NCBI GenBank assembly: GCA_951406725.2
Contig: OX597819.1
Location: 12,028,001 to 12,092,000 of the forward strand
Direction: 5' to 3'
DNA from: Octopus vulgaris
Lineage: Eukaryota
DNA: 64,000 bases
Shown: positions 52,968-64,000 of the stretch, piece by piece
Position numbering within the stretch: the stretch's first letter is position 1
Layout: the number at the start of each line of letters is the position of its first letter
Notes under the pieces: model-generated
Told to the model about the DNA's origin: nothing
The model's database searches: none
The model's input: only the letters and a program-made list of their open reading frames with translations
Position numbers and translations under genes: made by a program

Positions 52968-55343
52968 CATATATATATATATATGTATATATGTATATGT
53001 ATTGTTTCGTGTAGAATTTCTCTGAAACTATAACAAGTCAAGGCTCTTTCAGCTTTTGTATCTTTCTTCTTTAGATTTTTTTGTGCCTCTGTGTCCATCT
53101 AACTCTTACTAAAAAGTTCGTGGACATAGAGTCATTAATCACTCATTTGTGTTGAATCAGAGAAAGATTTGGCTTTTACTACCATCTGTGTACATCTTTC
53201 CTGAGGAGTATAAAGACTATCCAGCTTGTTTGTTTGTTTGTTTACCTAATTTGTAGGTGATCAGGTGGCTGATTGGTTTACTCTTTTACTTGTTTCAGTC
53301 ATTTTGACTGCGGCCATGCTGGAGCACCGCCTTTAGTCGAGCAAATCGACTCAGGGACTTATTCTTTGTAAGCCCAGTACTTATTCTATCGGTCTCTTTT
53401 GCCGAACTGCTAAGTGACCGGGATGTAAACACACCAGCATCGGTTGTCAAGCAATGCTAGGGGGACAAACACAGACACACACAAACACACACACACATAT
53501 ATATATATATACATATATACGACGGGCTTCTTTCAGTTTCCGTCTACCAAATCCACTCACAAGGCATTAGTCGGCCCAGGGCTATAGCAGAAGACACTTG
53601 CCCAAGATGCCACGCAGTGGGACTGAACCCGAAACCATGTGGTTGGTTAGCAAGCTACTTACCACACAGCCACTCCTGCGCCTATTGATGTTAGTATTGT
53701 GAAATCATTTGTGTCACAGAACTCCAGTAGCCTTGATCTATTTTCATTCCTCAAACCATAGCCATTACTGCTATCTGTGCCATAGAAGTTGTCCTAACAA
53801 TACCCAACATGTCTCAAATCACCAGCCATTGTAATGAGGTCATTGTCACTCATTATCAAGACTGTCTGCAAGAGAGTCTCTGCTGTTTGTCTGCCAGCCA
53901 TGATTGTGGTTCATGTGCAGAGATATATTGCTGTCATGTTATCTATGATTAGCCTAAACAGGAGTGGCTGTGTGGTAAAAGGCTTGCTTCCTAACTATGT
54001 GGTTCCAGGTTCAGTCCCACTGCATGACACCTTGCACAAGTGTCTTCTACTATAGACTCGGGTAAACCAAAGCTTTGTGAGTGGATTTTGTAGACAGAAA
54101 CTGAAAGAAGCCCGTCATATATATATATGTGTGTGTATATATATATATATATATGTGTGTGTGTATCTGTCTCCCGACCATCGCTTGACAACCAATGTTG
54201 GTGTGTTTACGTCCCTGTCACTTAGCAGTTTGGCAAAAGAAACCGATAGAATAAGTACTAGGCTTAAAAAGAATAAGTCCTTGGGTCAATTTGTTCGACT
54301 AAAGGTGATGCTGCAGCATGGCCACAGTCAAATAACTGAAACAAGTATAAAAGAATGAAACAATAATAAATACTCTATCTCAGTTACCTTAGTTGTCCAT
54401 TATTTCTCTGCCAACAATGTCCACTCTGCTTCTACCCATTCAGAAGAACTTCTACTGGCTGAGACTTTCCCCCACAATATTGAAAAGCCCTGTGGTGTTG
54501 GAACTGTCTGATTCTATAGTATCTTGTCTCAGGAATCAATGTTAAAGCTCATGTGCATCCATTTCTGCATGTGCTGAGATTGTGGCATGACTAGATTGTT
54601 GTCATTGAAGCAGAGGTTAACACACCTGTGACTGATGTCATTCTAATCTCAACCATTTTCAGGGGTAAATAGGATGTGTTTCAGTTCCTTATGTAGTGTG
54701 TGATTTGAGACTTGGCTATTTCTAGAACACAAGCGAACACAACTCTCTTCAACAGTCCAGGAGTCCAGAATTTTGTGATTGTGAGTGCAACAGCCTGGCC
54801 ACAAGGTCATGCACCTTCACATCCTCTATCATCATCATCATCATCGGTTAACATCCGCTTTCCATTGCTGGCATGAGTTGGACATTTTGGCTGAGGACTG
54901 GTGAGCCAGAGACTGCACCAGACTCAACCTGGTCTGGCAAACTTTCTACAGCTGGATGCCCTTCCTAATGCCAACCACTCTGAGGGTGTAGTGGGTGCTT
55001 TTACATGCCACCAGCACAATGGCCAGTCAGGCGGTTCTGGCAACGACCACGCTCAAAAGGTGTTTTTACGTGCTACCTGCATGAGAGCCAGTCCAGCGGT
55101 ACTGGCAACGACCATGCTCGAATGTTGTTTTTCATGTACCACCGGCACATGTTCCAGTAAGGGTTAGACAGGTATTAAAATGAGAACCAAAATAATTTCG
55201 TTTCAGATGAATTTGACATCTCTTTTCCGATATTGGCATTAGTTATGATGTCTGTGCAGAATGGTAAATCACTGGATAGCTTTTGTAGTTAATGATGCAT
55301 CCACCCCCAATTCATGTTGTATCCCCTTGTTTGTCTTTTACAG

Positions 55344-55407
55344 GTTAGCTGAAGTTGGTGTTCTCGAGAGGCCCCGGGAAAGAGGTCAAGCTTATGAAAC
55401 TGGCCAG
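55344..55407 (+). CDS. Unidentified gene, candidate exon 2
   Basis: ttgtcttttacag|G..CAG|gtttgt, 64 nt; RLAEVGVLERPRERGQAYETGQ continues exon 1 in frame. Confidence 0.5.
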
Positions 55408-56702
55408 GTTTGTAGCCCTTCTGCTACTCATCCTAACAGAGATTTAACTATCGTTGCTACTAAAGATGAACTCTGGCTTCTTCAGATGAATGAATGTTAA
55501 AGAAAAACCTAACAAGAAAATCTGTTTGAAGATCTACGTGTCATTACAGCTTGGGAATTATCAATAATGGTGAAAGAAATTGTTGGTTAGGTCACCCCTG
55601 ATTGAGCAAACTTATGATGGAAGGCATTCTGTGATCATCTCATCTTTTTAGGTGTACTTAATTTCATTTTACAATAATAATAATCAGGTTAGTTGTAGGG
55701 TATGATTTTAAAAGGATTTAGCTGCTCTTTCTAGAAAATTGAGTGGTTACATAAAGACTCCCGTAGTCTCTGTACTCTAGAAAACACCTGAGAAGTACAT
55801 TCTGTACATGGCCTGATCTAAAACTACCTGACAGATCTATCATATAGTGTATACCACATGACTGGCACCCATGCTGGGGGCACATAAAAAACACCACTCG
55901 AGCGTGGTCGATGCCAGTCCCTCTGCACTGGCTCCCATGCTGGTGGCATGTAAAATACACCATAAAGACGTGGTCAATGCCAGTGCCGCCTGACTGGCTC
56001 CCCTGCCAATGGCATGTAAAAAGCACCATTCAAGAGTGGTCAATGCCAGTACTGTCTGACTGGCCCTTATACCGGTGCCACATAAAAAGCACTCACTACA
56101 CTCTGCTGAATGGTTGGCGTTAGGAAGGGCATCCAGTTGTAGAAACCTTGCCAGATCAGATTGGAGCCTGGTGCAGCCTTCTAGCTCTCCAGACGTCAGT
56201 CGAACTGTCCAACCCATGCCAGCATGGGAAGCAGACATTAAACGATGATGATGAGGATATATTCTGTCTTGTATCATTACTGTATGCTGCTGCCGCTAAT
56301 GGTAGTGATGATGAATCTTCCTCTGCTAATGACATTGTGCTATAATCCCCATTACTGTTGATGGTGTTCCTAACTCTGCTATATCGTGGACATTTATAAA
56401 TTGTGCTCATGTAGAGTCATTTATCATCATCATCATTTAACATCTGTACTAGCACAAGCTAGTAACCCCAAGATTCTGAGTTCAATTCCAGGCAGTGACC
56501 TGAATAATAATAATAATAATAATGATACTAATAATAATAATAATAACAACAACATCGAAAAATACCTTAGGAATGAAAACCTGGGTTCAAAATTTCCCCA
56601 AGACACTTGATGAAAGCTGGAGAGGATATATCAGCCGAAACGTTGTGTTAACAACAAACAAATATCCATCAAATGTAAATAATGTACATAATTCCTCATC
56701 TC

Positions 56703-56930
56703 TTAACCCTTTCGTTACTATATTTATTTTGAGATGATCTGTGTTTCTTTCAATTACTTTAAATACAACAAAGAATTTAGTAAAATAACTTAGTTATCAT
56801 TAAGCTAGTGTTAGGAACATAAATTGTGACAAAGGTTTGGTGGGAGATTTTAATTTAAAACTTATGAAAACAAGACATTTGTACTCAGAACCAGAGCCGG
56901 TTTCAGTGGGGTTGGTAACGAAAGGGTTAA
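56703..56930. mobile_element. piggyBac-type MITE nested in a PLE terminal repeat
   Basis: TTAA-CCCTTTCGTTAC ... GTAACGAAAGGG-TTAA. Confidence 0.88.
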
Positions 56931-57177
56931 ATATAGAACTGAATCTCTCTAAATTGTCCTCCAGAAAAAATGGATCTCTGCTTTGTGGATGTCCAATACA
57001 GTTACTGCCTCACTAACCTGCAAGCTTGAATATTCACCTAGAAATGTTGCCCATCTATCAGATGTGGATGGAGATGTTGTCTGTATATCATCAATGTTGG
57101 ATTCATTCAGGGCTGCAGTTTAGATACAGATATCAGTGGTGGCAAGTTATCCCTCATAAGGACTACGATAGTATTAT

Positions 57178-57562
57178 GGATGGAAGCACTCCGTCAGTTA
57201 CGACGACGAGGGTTCTGGTTGATCCGAATCAACGGAACAGCCTGCTCGTGAAATTAACGTGTAAGTGGCTGAGCACTCCACAGACACGTGTACCCTTAAC
57301 GTAATTCTCAGGGATATTCAGCATGACACAGAGAGTGACAAGGCCGGCCCTTTGAAATACAGGTACAACAGAAACAGGAAGTAAGAGTGAGAGAAAGTTG
57401 TGGTGAAAGATTACAGCAGGGATCACCACCATCCCCTGCCGGAGCCTCGTGGAGCTTTAGGTGTTTTCGCTCAATAAACACTCAACACCTGGTCTGGAAA
57501 TCGAAACCGCGATCCTATGACCGCGAGTCCGCTGCCCTAACCACTGGGCCATTGCGCCTCCA
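57178..57562 (-). mobile_element. SINE family A, full length
   Basis: 13-bp TSD ACGATAGTATTAT; (TCCA)n tail. Confidence 0.87.
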
Positions 57563-57641
57563 CCACGATAGTATTATAAAGACATACGCGTAAGCTAATA
57601 TGTGTCTATCTGTACTATTATAAAGGTGTACATGTAAGCTG

Positions 57642-58004
57642 TGGAGGTGCAATGGCCCAGTGGTTAGGGCAGTGGACTCGCAGTTGTAGGATCACAGTTT
57701 CAGTTCCCAGACCAGGTGTTGTGAGTGTTTATTGAGTGAAAACACCCATAGGTCCATGAGGCTCCAGCAGGGAGTGGTGGCAAACCCTGCTGTATTCTCT
57801 CACTCTTACTTCCTGTTTCTGTTGTTCCTGTATTTTGAAGGGCCAGCCTTGTCACATTGTGTCACGCTGAATTTCCCCAAGAACTACGGTAAGGGTACAC
57901 GTATCTGTGGAGTACTCAGCCACTTGCACATTAATTTCACGAGCAGGCTGTTCTGTTGATCAGATCAACTGGAACCCTCATTGTAATAACCAACACGGTG
58001 CCAC
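57642..58004 (+). mobile_element. SINE family A, older CpG-decayed copy
   Basis: Collinear with family A; head-to-head with the 57178 copy. Confidence 0.8.
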
Positions 58005-58681
58005 AACATGTAAACTAATATAAGCGTGTGTGTGTGTATGTATGTGAGCCAGTTTATGTGTCTTACTATAAATTACCTGTCATTATATGTGCATATTGCT
58101 ATATTTCCAGTTGTTTCTACATAAAGTCTTTGGTTACCGAGGTATTGTGCTCTTCCCATGGTTAGCCCGTGTCTATGATCGTGACATAGCAGCAAAATCA
58201 AAAGAAAAGTATGTAGCCACTTTATTTTTTTTTTTATAATGTATATGTGTAGGATTAGTGGTACAAGGGACCTGCCAATTTATTAATTAATAGTCAAACT
58301 CCACTGTAATTAGTATCGTAAATATCAATGATAACTAGTATCACTCAGAATTAGTGAGATCCCCAGAACCCAGAACAGGTTTCATGGCTTGTGGAATAAA
58401 AAAAGCAAAAAGATCCCCAGAACCCAGAACAGGTTTCATGGCTTACTCTCTCTCTTTACTCTTTTACTTGTTTCAGTCATTTGACTGCGGCCATGCTGAG
58501 CACCGCCTTTAGTCGAGCAAATCAACCCCGGGACTTATTCTTTGTGTGCCCAGTACTCATTCTATCGGTCTCTTTTTGCCAAACCGCTAAGTGACGGGGA
58601 CATAAACACACCAATATCGGTTGTCAAGCAATGCTAGGGGGACAAACACAGACACAAACACACACACACACACACACACAC

Positions 58682-58728
<47 letters not shown>

Positions 58729-59119
58729 CATATACGACAGGCTTCTTTCAGTTTCCGTCTACCAAATCCACTCACAAGTCATTGGTCAGCCCGGGGCTAT
58801 AGCAGAAGACATTTGCCCAAGATGCCACGCAGTGGACTGAACCCGGAACCATGTGGTTGGTAGCACAGACCCCAGTTGAACCGTCCAACCCATGCTAGCA
58901 TGGAAAGCAGACACTAAATGATGATGATGTTGTGTACAAACAATTCTAAATACAAGTGACAATACCTTATTTGATTAGAACCTTATTTCTGGCAGAATGA
59001 TTGGGATGGTAGGCAATTTAAACACATATCATGGACTAAGTTTACTCAGTTTGATATGTTGCATCAGGATTTTATGACTTGTGTTAAGGTGGCTCACCCA
59101 TCATAGTCTCAGTTTAGTG

Positions 59120-59267
59120 CAGTGGTTCCCAACCCTTTTATTTAAATAAGTTTTCCCATGAACCCCTTTTAATATGCTTATGTTTATGTATATATATATA
59201 TGACATTTTGAGTTTAATTCACAGACCCCCAGTACTACCTTTGCAGACCAGAGGTTGCAAACCACTG
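59120..59267. mobile_element. hAT (Charlie-like) MITE
   Basis: TIR CAGTGGTTCCCAACC / GGTTGCAAACCACTG; perfect 8-bp TSD GTTTAGTG. Confidence 0.85.
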
Positions 59268-60434
59268 GTTTAGTGTATCATTTCAGGTTATACTCTCTTT
59301 ACTTGTTTCAGTCATTTGACTGCAGCCATGCTGGAGCACTGCCTTTAGTCGAGCAAATTGACCCCAGGACTTATTCTTTGTAACCCTAGTACTTATTCTA
59401 TTTGTCTCTTTTGCCGAACCGCCAAGTTACGGGGATGTAAACACACTAGCATCGGTTGTCAAGCGATGTTGGTGGGGGACAAACACAGACACACACACAT
59501 ACATATACATATATACGATGGGCTTCTTTCAGTTTCCGTCTACCAACTCCACTCACAAGATTTTGGTTGGCCCGAAGCTATAGTAGAAGACACTTGCACA
59601 AGGTGCCATACAGTGGGGCTGAACCCAGAACTATGTGGTTGGTAAGCAAGCTACTTACCACACAGCCACTCCTGCGCCTATGGTGAGACATAGCATAGAA
59701 CCCAGGCTACATTGAGTTAAATTTGCAAAACCATCCAACCCTAACATAGATGAAAATCTAAAGTTGCCATTCTGCTTTTATTACACATGAAACAGGCGGC
59801 AGCGAGCTGGCATAAGTGTTAGCACGCCAGGCGAAATGCTTAGCAGTATTTCATCTGTCTTTACATTTTGAGTTCAAATTCTGCCAAGGTCGACTTTGCC
59901 TTTCATCCTTTCAGGGTCAATAAATTAAGTACCAGTTGCGTACTGGGGTTGATCTAATTGACTGGCACCCCCTCCCCAAAAATTTTGGGCCTTGTGCCTA
60001 GAGTAGAAAAGATTATATGTGAGACATGTGGTTGGCGTTAGGAAGGGCATCCAGCTGTAGAAACTCTGCCAGATCAAGATTGGGGCCGGGTGCAGCCATC
60101 TGGTTCACCAGCCCTCAGTCAAAATCGTCCAACCCATGCTAGCATGAAAAGTGGACATTAAACAATGATGATGATGACAGTTCAGATTCTGCTGAGGCCA
60201 ACTTCACCTTTCGTCCTTTTGGGATCTATGACATAAGTACCAGTTGAGCAGTGGTGGGGGTCGATGTAATCAGCTAGTCCCCCTGCCCCTAATTTCAGGC
60301 CTTGTGCCTTTAGTAGAAAGGATTGTATATGTGAGGCAGTAGGCTACTTCACTTGCCATCACTTTCAAGTTTCCAGAATATACAATGAGTCTCTTGAAGA
60401 CCCATCCAATCATTCAAGTATGACAAAATAGACA

Positions 60435-60663
60435 TTAACCCTTTCATTACCGTATTCATTTTGAGATGCTCTGTGTTTCTTTCAATTATTTTAAATATGA
60501 CAAAGAATTTAGTAAAATAACTTAGTTATCATTAAGCTAGTGTTAGGATCATAAATTGTGATTAAGGTTTGGTGGAAGATTTTAATTCAAAACTTATGAA
60601 AACAAGACATTTGTACTACAGAGCCAGAGCCGGTTTTGGCCGGGTTGGTAACAAAAGGGTTAA
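60435..60663. mobile_element. piggyBac-type MITE, same family as 56703
   Basis: TTAA-CCCTTTCATTACC ... GGTAACAAAAGGG-TTAA; interior collinear with the 56703 copy. Confidence 0.85.
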
Positions 60664-63086
60664 AATGATTGTGGTGAGTAACTGCAGTTGATCTCTTGCT
60701 CAGTATTTTCCTGTTATGTCTCCATCCCCTGCTCTCCTCCCTCCTTTCTTATTTCATACCTGACACTTACCCTCTCTCCTATTCACTGTAGCATACACGC
60801 CACTGGAGTAACAAGGGTTATCAATGGACATTGGTCATTCTCAATCTCTCACCAAACTCACTTTTTGTTAGTCAACCTCTCTTCCATCATGATACCTGTG
60901 TATTGAGGGATGGCACTGGATCTAGCCATATTCAATACCTGCTGTCATCACTCTTGCTATCCATTATTCACTCTATCTCTGTCTTTCCAACAGCCATCTT
61001 TAATGCTATCCTTCACTTTTTTTTGATATGCACCACTCTCCCTTACTTCATAACTCCTCCTTCCAACACCACCTCCCCCTATTACTCCCTCCTCCTCTCA
61101 CTTCACTCATGTTTTCCTATTCAATCTCCTTACCAACAACCATCATGTAGCTACGTATCTTCGTCTCTTTTCCTTCGTCTATCACTCTGTTTCTCTTATC
61201 ATACTCATATTTATGCTCTCTCTCTATATATATCTCTCTCTCTATATATATCTCTCTCTCTCTCTCTCTCTCACCTTGGCTCTTTCTTTCTCATCACTTT
61301 CCCTTCTATCCACCATCTTGGTCATGTTTGCCTTGAACAAATAAACACAACAAAAAGCAGAGGATTTTTTTGTCTTGCATAGGACAAAGCCTCATCTCTA
61401 GCTCTGATGCCATGATAACATCATCATCATCATCATCATCATTTAGCGTCCGCTTTCCATGCTAGCATGGGTTGGACGGTTCAACTGGGGTCTGTGAAGC
61501 CAGAAGGCTGCATCAGGCCCAGTCTGATCTGGCAGTGTTTCTACGGCTGGATGCCCTTCCTAACGCCAACCACTCCGTGAGTGTAGTGGGTGCTTTTTAC
61601 GTGCCACCCGCACAGGTGCCAGACGGAGCTGGCAAACGGCCACGGACGGATGGTGCTTTTTACGTGCCACCGGCACGGGGGGCCAGGCGAGGCTGACAAT
61701 GGCCACAATCAGATGGTGCTTTTTACGTACCACCGGCACGGGGGCCAGGCGAGGCTGGCAACGGCCAAAGCATGTTGCATCAGCCGTACACTTTAAATTG
61801 TTGGGATTCAGAAAGGCATCAATCCCTAGACCCCATGCCAACAATGGAATGTACAAGTGAGATGTGATCTTCCAACCCATCTAGAAGGGAAGTAACACTA
61901 AAAAAATTACTGACTTGGACTGTGATGACTCCCCTAACTCCTGCTGACATGAAAGTAAAAGATAAAATAATGGTGATGTGGATGGCAGTTCACTATACGT
62001 CACCTACCAGTTGCTTACTTCATTATACATTAACTAATAGTTTCCTGAATTATAATATATACCAGTTCCCTATTACTCTATACATCATCATCATTGTCAT
62101 CATCTACGGGTTAGTCCATGACCTGCAAACATTTAATGTCACCATTCCTGCAACTTAACTGTTCCATCTTTCTCCTCCAACTTTTAGGAACCCTGAAGAT
62201 GATTCCACTGTGGTGGGCAAGGAAGTTAAAGGCTGCACCCATCTCTATTATTTAGTTCTGGTGGATTCCAGAGATTGTCCCTACATAGTAAGTTCACACA
62301 GTTTCTTCTATGTTATTCTCTCTTTCTTTTCCTCAACAGTACTCCTCTATCAAATAACACTACTACAGCACCCAACATTGTACTATTACACACCATACAG
62401 TGCTACGCCACATACACTAGTATACATCATACAGTACTACGTAAATATTGCCCATTCAACACTTTATACTCTGTTTCTATAGAAAATATTTTTATGCTTA
62501 TATTGGTGATGAAAGGTAGAGTGATGTACCTTGCCTAAGAGCAATGCCACAAGAATGTCAAGTTTAGGGGCACCCTCTCGTATTACAGAGGTGCATGGCT
62601 TAGTGGTTAGGATATTTGACTCCTGATCACAAGATTGTGGTTTCAATTCCTGAAGCAGGCAATGCATTGTGTTCTTGAGCAAGACACTTCATTTCACGTT
62701 GCTCCAGTCCACTCAGCTGGTGAAAATACATAATCCTGTGATGGACCAGTGTCCCGTCCAGGGAGGAAGAATATACATCAGAGAAGCTGGGAAACCAGCC
62801 CTATGCTCCTTACGGAGTAATGTTGACTAACCTAACCAGTTGGTCAATATTTATATAGCATTTACCAATGTACAAAGATGTTTAACTAATCCCATCCAAA
62901 GTCTTAGCTCTGTCAGAACAGATAGGTAGTAGTCCACTCCTTAGAAATTTAGTTATGAAGGGGTCGGACGTTTCACCTTTTAAAGTATAAATCAGTGTTT
63001 TTAACATCATGGTACCACTACTAATACTTCTACTACTACTACTTCTTCGTTGATTTTGTTTGTTTTTCTCTCTTTTATTCTATCAG

Positions 63087-63156
63087 AGAGCCCAAACTGA
63101 AGCTGTCACTTTCCTTGGTAATCAAGAAAACAGCCGAGCTTTGTACGCCATCTCAG
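63087..63156 (+). CDS. Unidentified gene, candidate exon 3; gene continues beyond the window
   Basis: long pyrimidine tract cag|AGA..CAG|gtaagg, 70 nt; RAQTEAVTFLGNQENSRALYAIS. Confidence 0.6.
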
Positions 63157-64000
63157 GTAAGGCCTTACTTAAAAAAATCATCCTCTTTCCTTGCTGACTC
63201 CCTCTTATGTTTGAATGGTCATTGTCTGTGTTGTTGTTTAACCCCAGTCAATGTTGCTTGACCAATAATCAAAGATGTTCCAGCTATGACTGGTTTCTGT
63301 CAGCAACTACATTGTCCAAGGTGTCCTTGTTTTATTATTAAGAAAACCAGTTGTCATTTAAAACAGATTTGACTGCTGTTTCTAGCAGGTATGGCAGTCT
63401 CATTAATTCTTCCTCCCTTGTTGGCTAGCTATAAGTATAGTGTGCAGTATTATGGGTGTTATTTGTATTAATATGTGCTGTATAGACACAACAGGGGTTG
63501 ATGTTAGGAGAGGCAGGTAGCATCTCCCATCAGCCAAATGGCCCATCTGACATTGGGCTTACACAGTGTGTGCCTTTGGTTATTAATGAGGTCACTGACC
63601 AGTCAAAAGTTGATACTCTTTAGACCCTGTTCAGCTCTGATGGAGCAAACTTACTGTCAAAAATATTCCAGCCATGACCATTCCATCTATTTAAGGGCAT
63701 ATAGGACTTTGTTGCTTGCTATGTTTTCTCCTTATTTGAGGTGGTAATGTGTGGTTTGAATCAGACTTGGCTGGTATTTCTTGTAGTTCAAATAACCATG
63801 TAGAAGCCCCTTAATTCTTGTAGAGCTGGGATGTCATTTTTTCCATGGCACCAGCACCATTGAGGTTATCAAGTACTCACAGGACTGACCCATCAACTGA
63901 ATTATTATTATTGTAAGGTAGCGAGCTGGCAGAATCATTAGCCTACCAGCCGCAATGCTTAACGGCATCTTGCCTGTCTTCACATTCTGGGTTCAATTTC

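Noticed and set aside
58358-58444. 33-bp direct repeat GATCCCCAGAACCCAGAACAGGTTTCATGGCTT
   Set aside because: Only two copies beside a SINE end; likely a local duplication with no further structure
60831-61382. 183-aa hydrophobic ORF
   Set aside because: Low-complexity CT-rich intronic sequence with no recognisable domain

Overview
AT-rich, repeat-dense eukaryotic DNA. The SINE families and microsatellites resemble Octopus/coleoid cephalopod DNA; that species call is an inference. Most ORF-track entries are repeat or microsatellite artefacts. Three spliced genes can be built by hand. (1) The last 7 coding exons of a PLP-dependent tyrosine decarboxylase (+, 50-13685), including a 20-nt micro-exon. 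(2) A complete 7-exon SRR1-like/SRRD gene (-, 43777-32562, 346 aa) whose last intron has U12 minor-spliceosome signals. (3) The first 2-3 coding exons of an unidentified divergent + strand gene with a mitochondrial-presequence-like N-terminus (48213 to >63156). The rest is mobile DNA: several SINE families, Penelope-like element (PLE) relics with about ten hammerhead-ribozyme motifs, an R4/Dong-clade relic, a fold-back mariner, a Helitron, and piggyBac, hAT and mariner MITEs. The most notable items are a PLE terminal repeat that fuses a tRNA-like Pol III head to a hammerhead, the U12 intron, the YCAY-flanked micro-exon, and a tandem array of overlapping STAT/NF-kB-like motifs. Exon coordinates were counted by hand; repeat boundaries are approximate.
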